A stretch of 64,000 nucleotides of DNA, from the NCBI GenBank assembly GCA_964016885.1, contig OZ024764.1:28520001-28584000 (forward strand), given 5' to 3'. The notes beneath the pieces are model-generated. The model was not told the DNA's origin, did not search any database, and saw nothing but the letters and a program-made list of their open reading frames with translations. The translations under genes and the position numbers were made by a program. Source of the DNA: Eledone cirrhosa (taxonomy: Eukaryota). Below are positions 25,427 to 39,754 of this stretch, piece by piece (position 1 is the first letter of the stretch; each line of letters begins with the position of its first letter).

Positions 25427-28400
25427 ATGGCTGATATAAGAGTTGGGTTTCTGAATGTACGTGGCCTGGGACTGTCTTGGAAACAAGGCAAACTTTTAAA
25501 CGATCTCAGGTCACATAGAATGGATGTAATGGCTATTTGCGAGTCCAGGATCAGCAGCGAGCACCAACTGGCGCCCCTCTTCGACGACTTTGAGATCTTC
25601 GCATCTCTCTGTCAACCGGGGGGTGGGGGTGGAGTTGTCGTTCTGCTGCGAAAACACCTGGGCCTCGCCATACAGAAGGTGCACCTGGACCCGGAGGGTC
25701 GACTGGTGGTTTTAGACGTCGGCAGTAGTGAAAGTGGAGCCCTTAGACTAATAGCTGTGTACGCCCCTTTTTGGGCAGCGCGGCCGGAATACTTCCAACG
25801 TCTGGAAACTTTTCTGGGAACGTCCCGCTCCTTGCTTTTAGTGGGGGACTGGAATGGTATCCTGGATGCACGTTGGGACTATGTAGGGGCATGTGCCAAT
25901 AGAGGGGGGTGTAAAAGCCTCAAAAGGTTAATCGGCCGATTTGACCTGGCCGATAGATATCGACTAGATTTTCCGACTGTACCACTATGGACGTGGACCA
26001 ATCGCAGTGGAACATCTAGGTCGTACCTAGATAGGGTCCTAGTTAGAGAGAACGATAGGGACACATTTAGCTGTCCAAAAATGTTCATGGTTGACTATTC
26101 GGATCACAAGTTAGTGACCTGCATAGCCAACCTTGATAGAACCCATAGACAGGGACCCGGTTACTGGAAGCTGAACTTGTCCTTACCGAGAAGCAAAGCT
26201 TACAGTAAACGGATTAGCACGTTAGTTAAGCAGAATTTGACAGGGGCAATTGTCAACAACAGGTGGTGGAGCTCTCTTAAGAGAGCAATTAGAATAGAAT
26301 CGATAGGTTTTAGTCAGGAATTAGCAAGGGATAGGAACAAGACGGAAAGGGAATTAGTAGATAGAGTAGAAGAGGCGATTAGGAGTGGCAATGTAGCCGG
26401 CGTGCTGGCATCAAGAATGGCCTTAGACCAGTTCTTTGAGGTGAAGCATGAAGGCTGCGTTGTCAGGAGTAAAATACGTGCTCTGGGTAATGAGGGAGCC
26501 AAAGCTGTAAGCTGGGCCCGAGTGATAGAGGCAAAAAGTGGGAACAAGTCCACGATTCGGTCTTTGAAGGACCAGGATGGGCGTGTGATCCTTGAACCTG
26601 GGCAGATGTGTGCGGCCTTTCAGCGGCACTTTGCACGACTGTTCGAGAGGGGCGGCGCGCCGGGTGAGACTATGGATTTCAATCCATACCTCGACGGTCT
26701 GCCGCGCCTCTCGGACGCGGAGGCGAAGTCCTGCGAAAGGACGATTTCAGCTGCTGAGATAGGGGCGGCGCTGAGCCAATGCGGCAAACGCAAATCCCCG
26801 GGTCTCGATGGTCTACCATACGAGCTATATGTAGCGATGCCGGACTTGTTCTCCGATATCCTCGAAGCGGTCTACTGCAACTGGCAGCAGAACGGGAGAA
26901 TTCCCAGTTCTGTGACCAAGGGCGTAGTTACGCTGGTGAGGAAGGATGAGAACAAGGGGGATGACATAAGTAACTTCAGGCCCATAACTCTGCTAAATAC
27001 AGAGTTAAAGATTTTGGCCAAGGTGTTAGCGAAGAGGTTGGCGCTTGTCGTTGGAAACCTGGTGGGAGAAGCGCAGACATGCGCAATCCCGTCCAGGTCC
27101 ATTCACGACAATCTCCACCTTATGCGATACATCATAGAGAGGGTAGGGAATGAACCCGGCTTTGGTGGGGCCCTGATCAACTTGGATCAATCTAAAGCTT
27201 TCGATAGGGTTGACCATCGTTACCTGGATGCGGTGCTCGCGGCGGCAGGCTTCGGACCCGTTTTCAGGGGTTGGATTGCTGCGATGCACAGCAGCAACGT
27301 CTGCTCAAGGGTCAAGGTGAACGGCCACCTCTCGGAGCCGTTCCAAATCATGCGATCCATCCGACAGGGATGCCCTCTCTCCTCCCTACTGTATGTGCTG
27401 GCTCTTGAGCCACTACTGCGGAAGTTGGAGCGGTTGCAGGGCATCCCTTTGGAACCGGGATTGCAGAAAGCGGCGTCGGCCTACGCCGATGACGTGACAG
27501 TAATGGTGTCGAAAACCTCGCAAATCGGTGAGATCGGCACCTTACTGGAGGAATATGAAAGGTTTACAGGAGCCAAGCTGAACCGGGACAAGTCCGTCGT
27601 TTGCAACTCGGAACATGGAGAGGCAAACCGATGCCCTCCAACGACGTCGTCGGACGCTGGACGGAGGGCCCGGTGAAGCTGCTTGGGGTCTGGTTCGGAC
27701 CAGACCTCCAGGTGGAGAAAAACTGGAACGAGGTAACGGCCAGGGTGTTTGCACTCACCCAGAAGTGGGCCCAGTGCAAACTATCCCTGAAAGGTCGAGC
27801 GGAGGTGGCGAATACTTATATAGCATCCGTCATCTACTACCGCTTGACCGTCGTGCCTTGCCCAGTGAAAAGACTCGCCAAAATGGAGTGCGCGCTGTTC
27901 CAATTTCTTTGGAACAAGCGGACCCCTTTGGTGAGGAGATCCATCTGCTGTCAACACCCTTCGAAAGGAGGGCTGGGGATGCCGTGGCTACAGATGCGTA
28001 AACACGCATTAAGGCTACGGCACCTCCAGGTATTCCTCACCGGTCAACCGGTGTGGGCCCCGTTTGTGAGGCGAGCCTTTCCCAGACTCGTCTCGCTCAC
28101 CGAGCTGCAATCCTGGGTCAAGCAAAGACCGAGAAAAGTGGGCGACTGGCACATTGAATGTGCCCAGGCGCTCACGGCCCTCTGGAAAGCGGACCCGGCA
28201 ATCAGTGGAGACTCCACCTCGACATTCTATAGAGGGTTGGTACGCAGCAGGTGCGACGATGCTCTCGGAGAAGCTCTAGGCATGGAGGAAGATGAACTGG
28301 CCAGTCTGTTCGGTAGGACGTTTGGCCCTGGACCGATGGACAACTTCCAAAAGTCCCTGGCTTGGCAGTGCTACCGAGGGGCTCTACCCGTTCGAGACAA

Positions 28401-28863
28401 GCTCCACAGACATGGGAGCCTGGGTAGAGATCCTTTGAATAAGATCTGTCCGAGATGCGTGCATGATGACGAAACCGTTGCGCACGCATTCGTACACTGC
28501 CCAGGCATTGCTGACCTGTGGGGCTATGTGGAACGACTACTGTCGAGGGTGGGACCAATCCGGTTGACCACCGAGTCCATTGTCACGATCAAACCGCCTC
28601 CCCCTTTCAAAAACGAAGGAGAGGCGGTTTTTCTCTGTGTGGTAGCCATGGCTAAAGAAGTTGTATGGTGGACGAGGCTGAAAGGGCTGAGGTCAGACAC
28701 CTTTCTCTCCGGCCAACAACTGGTCCCCTTTTTCAAATACCATTTTAAAAGAAGGATCAGAATGGAGAGAGAGGTGCTCTACCCCAGCAAGTTTTATGAA
28801 AGGTGGGTGAAAGTAGGGAGAATGGCCAGAGTGAATGGGTCTTCTCTCTATATCAGCCTGTAG
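25427..28863 (+). CDS. Tx1-like ORF2p (APE endonuclease, reverse transcriptase, C-terminal CCHC), about 1145 aa, single 1-nt frameshift near 27599
   Basis: APE motifs LNVRGL, VYAP, GDWN, YLDR, SDH. RT motifs KSPGLDGL, FRPITLLN, DQSKAFDRV, RQGCPLS, YADD. C-terminal CPRC..ETVAHAFVHC. Restoring one base gives KSVGLQLGTW. Confidence 0.92.
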
Positions 28864-30228
28864 GTGAAAGAAGAGGAAAAAGCGGAGACGAGGGAAGCAC
28901 CTACTCTTTGTGCTCCTGAGGAGAAGGGTTGCACATTTTTTCCGGGGTGTGTGCGACCCATGTTAATGCCCCTCCCTATTGAGGACTTCGTTTGTTGTTG
29001 TTATTTCATTGTTATATTTTTGTACTCGTTAATTATATGTAAACTTCCCCCCTTGTATCTGTCCCTACCTTTCGTGCCCTAGTGGCAAATAAAGAAACCA
29101 CTCTATATATACTATTGTATTTTCACAGTAAAGGCTTTACCTCACATAATATCTCACATAACATTTACATTACTCTATATATACTATTGTATTTTCATGG
29201 TAAAGGCTTTACCTCACATAATATCTCACATAACATTTACATTACTCTATATATACTATTGTATTGTCACAGTAAAGGCTTTACCTCACATAATACCTCA
29301 CATAACATTTACATTACTCTATATATACTATTGTATTTTCATGGTAAACACTATATATCACATAATTATCTCACATAATATCGAATCTACGAAATTTTGA
29401 TAGTGTTTATTTTGAGAACAATACCTTAACATCAGTATGAGTAACTGTTTACAGCCAATTTGAATAGAAAAAGGTGAGAGAATTCTGGCCGGATATGGCT
29501 GGTCTAAATGCTAAAGGGTTAACAGAGAGGTCATTTACTTTCCATACCCTTTTTCTCCAGATTAACCTCTCTCTCTGTCCCTCCAGATCTTATATTTAAC
29601 AGGGAGACTTATTACTATCCTTACCCTTTTTTTCAGATTGTCTTGTATCTCTGAATCTTTCTAAATCTTATAATTAACAGAGAGATCTTTTACTATCCAT
29701 ATCCCCTTTCTCCAACTTGTCTTGTATCTCTCAGTCCCTCTAGATCTTACTCCTATGTCACTAGTGTCTAGTCTATGTTGAGTGGTACATCCTTCTCTAG
29801 TCGTCTTCTTCTTTTCGTATCTTCGAAGCATGTGGTTATATGACAGTTTCCTATTTCTTTACACAGTCCTTTGCATTATTATTAAATTCTGTGAGATCTT
29901 TTAAGCTGCACTGGTTGGGTAGCAGAGGGCAAACAAGGCAGTGCTGTATCGTATGGTCTTCTAGTAAAGGACCTAATATTCCCAACCATCTGTCTATCCT
30001 GTTTTCTGATGAGAATAAAGTCAATCTAGTTTAAGTGTTTACCTGATTGGTGAAAGATCAAGTAACTAGATGGTTTTCTGTAAGTTAGTGTTGCAGTGTT
30101 AGTGCCACTATGTAAGGTTCATATCTACAGTCTATTAATATAGAGATGTAAAGTTTTCACTGTTGTATTTCTACTTTCTAAATATCTTAATGTTTATCCA
30201 CTATTTCAGAATGTCACAGTGTATTCTA

Positions 30229-30630
30229 TCATCATGATCATCATCATCATCATTTCATTTTACGTCCGCTTTTTCCCTGCTTGCAAGGGTGGGACGGGAA
30301 CTGATTCTGGCTTGATTTCTACAGCTGGATGCCCTTCCTAACACCAACCTCATTTACAGTGAGTGCTGGGTGCTTTTTTACCATGGCACCTCCACGACCA
30401 CTTTGCAGTGAGTGCTGGGTGCTTTTTTGCCGTGGCACCTCCACGACCACTTTGCAGTGGAATGATAGGGACCCCAGTTCGTATCATCTCATTTCTACAG
30501 CTGAATAAACTGGAGCAATGTGAAATAAATTGTCTTGCTCAAGGAAACAACACATCACCCGGTCTGAGAATTGAACTCACAACCTTTCGATTGCAAGGTC
30601 AATGCTCTAACCACTAAGCCATGTGTCTCC
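30229..30630 (-). mobile_element. SINE family A (two copies of the 49-bp unit)
   Basis: Matches the other copies. Confidence 0.9.
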
Positions 30631-30842
30631 ATTCTATATATGTGTATTTCTAATATAAGTTTGGTTATATTTGGGGAGGGTCATGTTGTTATAATATTGC
30701 CAGAAACACACTCACTGTTTGGTTTGGATTGGTTTTCGTTTCAGTATATTTTATATTTCTATAATTAATTTAGCTGGCAATCAATGTTTATCATTGATTG
30801 ACCAACAGTTAAAAATATAGATATATATATATATATAGTTTC

Positions 30843-30885
30843 TCAGAGTTCTTTCATCACACTCCTGTGACATCATCAGTGATGT
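30843..30885 (-). ncRNA. Minimal hammerhead ribozyme motif
   Basis: Reverse complement: atca-CTGATGA-tgtcac aggagt gtgat-GAAA-gaac-TC-tga. Same family as 40994-41036. Confidence 0.5.
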
Positions 30886-31377
30886 TATTATGTTTCCTCC
30901 CAAAACAGCTTTCAGACTCATTCTCGCTTATATACACATGTACACCAGGTCCAAACACAAAGGAACCAAACTCCCACTGTCACTGCCTCCGTCTCTCCTG
31001 CTCTCCCCATCTCTCACTATTGTGAGGTCCATATGGGGGTCCATATGCTGTCCGCCCACAGCCCTGGTGGACAGAATAGAGATGGTGAGGGAGACGCACT
31101 GGAAGAGCCATTCCATCTAACGAGACTCACACTTGTGGGTAGCCAACTCTCTGCCGATATAGAAATGTGAAATTTTCACTGTTGTATCTCTACTTTCTAA
31201 ATATCTTAATAATGTTTCTCTACTATTTCAGAATATCACATGACCTTGAAAGAAAAGAATCTTTTAACGACAACAGAAAGATATTACACGGGAGTGATAT
31301 AAGCCTGTTTATATAAGTCTGTGGTGAAATATCCTGCACTGAGATTAGTAGCAACATTAGATTATTTTTGTGAAAAG

Positions 31378-32850
<1,473 letters not shown>

Positions 32851-34059
32851 TAAAAATAACATCTTTAGCATTCTGGTAATTTTTATGAGTTGTTTCCCTT
32901 GCCACTGCATTATCTATTAAGGAACAATAACTAAATGTAAATATTCATACAAAACTAACCATAGCAATCTCAAAATTTCGGTTAATAAATATAGAGCAGC
33001 AAATATACTACTAAAGTTTTTTGATCAAATAATTTTTTTTTTAAACTTTTTCTTGATGCTACAACTTGTAAGTTTGTTAATACTAGTTGTAGCCCGGGTT
33101 TTCCTTAGGAAATACACACACACACTTTTTTCCAAACATTTTGACTGACTTGCACTTAAAATTCCCTGTTTTCAGGTGACAACACTCTTTACATATCTAT
33201 TTATCTTTCAAACACACACATACACACACTCTCTCTCTCTCTCAACATGTTTTTTTTCTTGAAACAAATTTTAATTCTATTTATCTTTTATACACATGTG
33301 CACACACACTCTCTCTCTTACTGTGTTTCTCTCTCAATAACAACAACCTGTCATTATAGTGAAAGTCTTTTTTTTTTTAGTGTCTGTGTTGTCTGTATGT
33401 AGAAGGACATACAGAAACACGTACACAAGGTTGTGTTTCTTGCATGGATTCCTGTGACTCGCTTTGACATCCAATTCTATTGTTCGTCATATTCAGCAGG
33501 TCAGATGGATAGCAGTTTATGTCAACACAAATCTGCTTGACATAGGTCTAGGTTTGTCATCCTCTGCTAGCTCTTCCTTGTGTAGGTTCCCTCTAAAGAA
33601 CCTCACTAACTACCTTGTCTTTAGCTCCCCAGCATTACCATGGGAATTTGACTCTTGATATACTAATAGGAAAAAAGATGAAAATAAATTTGATGAGCAA
33701 AAGTTCAGAAATATGTGTTGTTGTACTGTGCTTACCATAATTGTCAAAATATATTCTATGAAAAATAGTGTCTTATCATCATCATCGTTTAATGTCCGCT
33801 TTCCCTGCTAGCAAGGATTGGACAAGTCTACTTGGACCAAGTCAGTACTGAAGTTCATAATTTTTGGCATTGATATACTGGTTGAATGCCCTTCCTATCA
33901 CCAGCACCACTTTACAGCATGGACTAGGTGCCTTTATACGTGCCAAGCTGTCACAACTCAACTGTCCCAGAAAGAGAGAGAACACTCAAAAACCATTTCT
34001 CAGGTCTCATGGATACAAAGATTTCTTAACACAACCTTTACAAACCCTATGTATGTAAA

Positions 34060-34278
34060 GGATCGAGCGACTTTCGTCAAATCGGACCGAGGAAACAATG
34101 TTTTCGTCAGTCTTTCCAGTTGCTAGTACTATCTATTGGTCACAATTCCAGGTAGAGGGAGTAACGTGAAATAAAGTGTCTTGCTCAAGGACATAACGCA
34201 TCACCCAGTCCAGGAATCGAACTCACAGCCTCAAGATTGTGAATCCAATTCTCTAACCACTCAGCCACACGCCTTCAA
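34060..34278 (-). mobile_element. tRNA-derived SINE, family B (second copy at 36446-36660)
   Basis: Reverse-complement head ggcgtgTGGCTGAGTGGttag..GAGTTCGATTCC, body ccttgagcaagacactt, and a tail different from family A. Confidence 0.8.
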
Positions 34279-34300
34279 TATGTATGTAAATATATATATA

Positions 34301-35205
34301 TTGGTGTTAGGAAGGGCATCCAGCTGTAGAAAACACGCCAGACAGTCCACGCTGTAATGTGGCCGTGTAGGCAACACGGTAAAAACCTCCCAGCCCCACA
34401 CTGTAAATGTAGTTGGTGTTAGGAAGGGCATCCAGCTGTAGAAAACACGCCAGACAGTCCATGCTGTAATGTGGCCGTGTAGGCAACACGGTAAAAACCT
34501 CCCAGCCCCACACTGTAAATGTAGTTGGTGTTAGGAAGGGCATCCAGCTGTAGAAAACACGCCAGACAGTCCACGCTGTAATGTGGCCGTGTCGGCAACA
34601 CGGTAAAAACCTCCCAGCCCCACACTGTAAATGTAGTTGGTGTTAGGAAGGGCATCCAGCTGTAGAAAACACGCCAGACAGTCCACGCTGTAATGTGGCC
34701 GTGTAGGCAACACTGTAAATGTAGTTGGTGTTAGGAAGGGCATCCAGCTGTAGAAAACACGCCAGACAGTCCACGCTGTAATGTGGCCGTGTAGGCAACA
34801 CGGTAAAAACCTCCCAGCCCCACACTGTAAATGTGGTTGGTGTTAGGAAGGGCATCCAGCTGTAGAAAACACGCCAGACAGTCCACGCTGTAATGTGGCC
34901 GTGTAGGCAACACGGTAAAAACCTCCCAGCCCCACACTGTAAATGTGGTTGGTGTTAGGAAGGGCATCCAGCTGTAGAAAACACGCCAGACAGTCCACGC
35001 TGTAATGTGGCCGTGTAGGCAACACGGTAAAAACCTCCCAGCCCCACACTGTAAATGTAGTTGGTGTTAGGAAGGGCATCCAGCTGTAGAAAACACGCCA
35101 GACAGTCCTATGCGAGCAAGACAACCACTCTTGCCTCAAGTGGGAAAACCCCCCGTCCAAACCCATGCAAGCGTGGAACACGGACGTTAAACGATGATGA
35201 TGATG
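34301..35205 (+). repeat. RTE 3'UTR with a 112-bp unit expanded to about 7 copies
   Basis: ttggtgttaggaagggcatccagctgtagaaaacacgccagacagtcc... repeated, ending in the RTE tail cggacgttaaacgatgatgat. Confidence 0.88.
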
Positions 35206-35219
35206 AGAGAGAGAGAGAG

Positions 35220-35735
35220 AAATGAATCCTGCATGCTCTGATGGATGTGTAATAGTAATATGCGAGAACGGCGAAGCATAAATGAACTGAGAGAGAAACT
35301 AGGCATAAGTGGAACCAAATGCTGCGTGCAGGAGAGGAGATTGCGCTGGTATGGACATGTGTTGGATGACAGCTGCATTAAAAAAAGGTGCAGAGCGCTC
35401 AAATTCATTGGAAGACTTAGAGTGGGAAGACCCAGGATGAGGTGATAAAAGCCCACCTTGCCCAGTTGCACCTCTTAGAGGAGATGACACATAACCAGGA
35501 TCTCTGGCGTAATGCAGTTGTACAGAAGACCCAATTTCCCGCGAGCACAAGCTGAAGCATATGTACAGTATGCCCCAGGCCACACTGTAAAGTGGACATG
35601 TAAAAGACAGGGCAAAAAGCATCCAGCCCACACTGTAAATGTGGTTGGTGTTAGGAAGGACATCCAGCTAGAAACAAAATAGGACCCGTCTAATCCATGC
35701 TAGCATGGAAGATGGACGATAATCGATGATGATGA
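35220..35735 (+). mobile_element. RTE LINE 3' fragment
   Basis: ELREKLGI..ERRLRWYGHV..GRPR, then a 3'UTR ending ggacgataatcgatgatgat. Confidence 0.8.
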
Positions 35736-35739
35736 TATA

Positions 35740-36088
35740 TCATCATCATCATTTCATCATTTCATTTTACGTCCACTATTCCCTGCTTGCAAGGGTGGGA
35801 CGGGAACTGATTCTGGCTTGATTTCTACAGCTGGATGCCCTTCCTAACACCAACCTCATTTACAGTGAGTGCTGGGTGCTTTTTTTGCCGTGGCACCTCC
35901 ACGACCACTTTGCGGTGGAATGATAGGGACCCCAGTCCCTATCATCTCATTTCTACAGCTGAGTAAACTGGAGCAATGTGAAATAAAGTGTCTTGCTCAA
36001 GGAAACAACACATCACCCGGTCTGAGAATTGAACTCACAACCTTTCGATTGCAAGGCCAATGCTCTAACCACTAAGCCATGTGCCTCC
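35740..36088 (-). mobile_element. SINE family A
   Basis: Full-length copy. Confidence 0.9.
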
Positions 36089-36666
36089 ATCAAGGATATA
36101 TATATATATATGTGTGTATATATATATATATGTAGATGTGTATATATATATATATATGTAGATGTGTATATATATATATGTGTAGATGTGTGTAGATCAG
36201 TATATATATATGTAGATGTGTATATATGTAGATGTGTATATATATATATGTAGATTAGTATATATATATGTAGATGTGTATATATATATATATGAAGATG
36301 TGTATATATATACATATGAAGATGTGTATATATATATATGTAGATGTGTATATATATACATATGTAGATGTGTATATATATATATATATATATATGAAGA
36401 TGTCTATATATATATGTGGATGTGTATATATATGTAGATATATAGAGGAACGATCGACTTTCGTCAAATCGGACCGAGGAAACAATGTTTCCGTTGGTCT
36501 TTCCAATTGCTAATACTATCTATCGGTCGCAACTCCAGGTAGAAGGAGCAACGTGAAATAAAGTGTCTTGCTCAAGGACATAACGCATCGCCCGGTCCAG
36601 GAATCGAACTCACAACCTTACGATTGCGAATCCAATTCTCTAAACACTCAGCCACACACCTAGATA

Positions 36667-36721
<55 letters not shown>

Positions 36722-36754
36722 AGATTTGAATGGATACAGTTTAGTTAAAAGGAA

Positions 36755-36878
36755 TTTATTGACACGTGTTTCAATAACAGTTACATAACCTGAAAACAGC
36801 TGCTATCTACAAAGTATTAGTTATGCAGACATTCAATATTTCAATGTTATTATCAACTGTCATTTCATCGGAATAATT
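36755..36878 (-). ncRNA. Hammerhead-like motif with a long stem II insert and core variant CCGATGA
   Basis: Reverse complement: ttatt-CCGATGA-aatgacagtt[..]aactgttatt-GAAA-cacgtg-TC-aataa. Confidence 0.45.
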
Positions 36879-37261
36879 TTACTGAGGACCTGTTTGGTTT
36901 TTATAGAGAATATTAGGAGGGAGGGGTGAAGTTGTTAGAAGAATAGTTGAGGGAGTGGTTTTTTGATAGCAGTGAGAATTTTTGGTGGCAGTGAGTAATT
37001 AGATTCCCATCTGTTGTTTTGACATTTTTATAGAATATATTATTGGTTATTTTTCTAAATCTATAGAAGGATTAGAGATAGTATAGATATGCGTGGTGTA
37101 TATATATATATATATATACACACTTTATCTACACCATATATGAAGATGTTAAAGGCTGATACAGCTAACCACCAGTGAACTGGAGCAATGAGAAAGCAAA
37201 GTGTTTTGTTCAATGGCACAACTCACCACCAGGTTCAAGGATCAAATTAACAATCTCACGA

Positions 37262-37712
37262 TTGTCTCCCTTGCTAACCTGATCACCTAGGTACCGGAAG
37301 CTTTCAACCACCTCTATAGATCCTACCTGCATTTGAAAAATGTGCCTACCACCGATACTATTAATTTTCCTTGAACATCTACTACATATGAGGTTTTCCT
37401 TTCCTGTTAGTTTGCCTGCTATCCCACTACAACTTTTGTGTACCCAAGATCTGCATTGTGTACATTCTATAGAGTTTATGCCAACTCCTTTTCTACATAT
37501 CGAACATGGGCAGCTAGTCTTAAACTCCTCTGTTATGGCTTGGAGAACTATAATGAATAAGAGTGGGCTGAGGACCAAACCCTGATGAACACCTACTTGG
37601 ATCTGGAATTCCTCACTAAACTCCATTCCTACTCTCACGTTACTGACAGGTCTTCTGTACATAGCTTGCACTGACCTCACAAGCCATTCCTCTACACCTA
37701 GTTTCCTTAGGG
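37262..37712 (-). mobile_element. RTE LINE RT fragment with Cys-rich insert
   Basis: LRKLGVEEWLVR..VGVHQG.VLSPLLF..CSICRKGVG..CTQCRSWVHKSC..CSRC..FRYLGD. Confidence 0.85.
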
Positions 37713-37879
37713 ACATGGACACATACAATAACATCCATGTGTGATTTCCCAAAAATCGAGGAACCCATGCATACTTACATTTTACGGATAATCTCCATGA
37801 CACCAATCTTGAAAAGATATTAAGTAAAACAAAAATTATTTTTTAGCAACAACATCTGACTGATAAAATGACATCTCAG

Positions 37880-39227
37880 TCAATCATATTGATGGCCTTC
37901 CCACAGCCACCGACGGCAAGGGAGACCCACTAGAAAAGCCATTCCAGCTCACAGGGCTCACACCTGCAGCTGGCCAACTCAGCGCCTATGGTGGTGAGTA
38001 GGAGGTAGCCCTAGGGCCGAGGACACCAGAAGTCTCCACTGCTACAGGTAGCCAACTCAGCGCCTATGGTGGTGAGTAGGGAGGTAGCCTTAGGGCCGAG
38101 GACACCAGAAGTCTCCACTGCTACAGGTAGCCAGCTCTGCGCCTATGGTGGTGAGTAGGGAGGTAGCCCTAGGGCCGAGGACACCAGAAGTCTCCACTGC
38201 TACAGGTAGCCAGCTCTGCGCCTATGGTGGTGAGTAGGGAGGGAGCCCTAGGGCCGAGGACACCAGAAGTCACCACTGCTACAGGTAGCCAGCTCTGCGC
38301 CTATGGTGGTGAGTAGGGAGGTAGCCCTAGGGCCGAGGACACCAGAAGTCACCACTGCTACAGGTAGCCAGCTCTGTGCCTATGGTGGTAAGTAGGGAGG
38401 TAGCCCTAGGGCTGAGCACACCAGAAGTCCCCACTGCTACAGGTAGCCAGCTCTGTGCCTATGGTGGTGAGTAGGGAGGTAGCCCTAGGGCTGAGCACAC
38501 CAGAAGTCCCCACTGCTACAGGGAGCCAGCTCTGTGCCTATGGTGGTGAGTAGGGAGGTAGCCCTCGGGCTGAGCACACCAGAAGTCCCCACTGCTACAG
38601 GTAGCCAGCTCTGTGCCTATGGTGGTGAGTAGGGAGGTAGCCCTAGGGCCGAGCACACCAGAAGTCACCACTGCTACAGGTAGCCAGCTCTGTGCCTATG
38701 GTGGTGAGTAGGGAGGTAGCCCTAGGGCCGAGGACACCAGAAGTCTCCACTGCTACAGGTTGCCAGCTCTGTGCCTATGGTGGTGAGTAGGGAGGTAGCC
38801 CTAGGGCCGAGGACACCAGAAGTCACCACTGCTACAGGTAGCCAGCTCTGTGCCTATGGTGGTGAGTAGGGAGGTAGCCCTAGGGCCGAGGACACCAGAA
38901 GTCCCCACTGCTAGAGGTAGCCAGCTCTGTGCCTATGGTGGTGAGTAGGGAGGTAGCCCTAGGGCCGAGGACACCAGAAGTCACCACTGCTACAGGTTGC
39001 CAGCTCTGTGCCTATGGTGGTGAGTAGGGAGGTAGCCCTAGGGCCGAGGACACCAGAAGTCACCACTGCTACAGGTAGCCAGCTCTGTGCCTCTGGTGGT
39101 GAGTAGGGAGGTAGCCCTAGGGCCGAGGACACCAGAAGTCTCCACTGCTACAGGTAGCCAGCTCTGTGCCTATGGTGGTGAGTAGGGAGGTAGCCCTAGG
39201 GCTGAGCACACCAGAAGTCTTCACTGC
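37880..39227 (-). repeat. 79-bp minisatellite (about 16 copies) derived from the coding sequence of a CRE-like retrotransposon
   Basis: The unit's reverse complement encodes VAVETSGVLGPRATSLLTTIG and continues into AELA..EP.ELEWLF*.VSLAV at 37880-37985. Confidence 0.75.
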
Positions 39228-39754
39228 TGGTTGTGTTGGTGGTAGTAGTGGTGTTGATGGTGGTGTTGATGATAGTAGTGGTGGTGGTGGTGGTTGTGCT
39301 GTTGTCTTTGTTTGTGATGGTGGTGATGGTGTGGTGGTGGTGGTGGTGGTGGTGTTCTAGGTAATGTTACAGTGACTCTGTTGTCTGTGGGAAAGTGAAG
39401 TTTAAAGGAAATTATACTACTGGGTGGACTACAAGACAAGACTGACATGGACACACAGACAGACAAAGAGAGACAAAGAGAGACACAGACAGAGAGAGAG
39501 AGAGAGAGAGAGAGAGGGGTGAGGAATATAGAGCAGTGACTGGCAGTAAATAAAGTATTTGGGACATGATAAGAATGGGGGAAGGGTCAGCGGAGTGGAT
39601 AAATGAGAGAGAGAGGGGACATGTTATATATATAAATGTGTGTGTGTATCCCCTCCCCCTCGGATTCAATCGGGAGAGGGGGGGGGGGGTTAACCACAGT
39701 AAGTAAGGTACTTAATACATAGCAGAGTATATATTGAAGCCATTTCTCTCTCTC

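Larger units (their letters stand above)
23452..29099 (+). mobile_element. Full-length Tx1/L1-clade non-LTR retrotransposon (about 5.65 kb)
   Basis: 5'UTR, ORF1 with zinc knuckle, ORF2 with APE-RT-CCHC, and 3'UTR ending aataaagaaacc. Both junctions fall in the 72-bp array. Confidence 0.95.
22721..29522 (+). mobile_element. piggyBac-like MITE (TTAA TSD, TIR CCCTTTAGCATTTA) with an internal 72-bp array, interrupted by a Tx1 LINE
   Basis: TTAA|CCCTTTAGCATTTA at 22721 and TAAATGCTAAAGGG|TTAA ending 29522. About 10 units of the 72-bp repeat lie left of the LINE and about 4 lie right of it. Confidence 0.85.

Noticed and set aside
23795-28736. Antisense ORFs within the Tx1 element
   Set aside because: They are shadow frames of ORF1 and ORF2 with no independent motifs.
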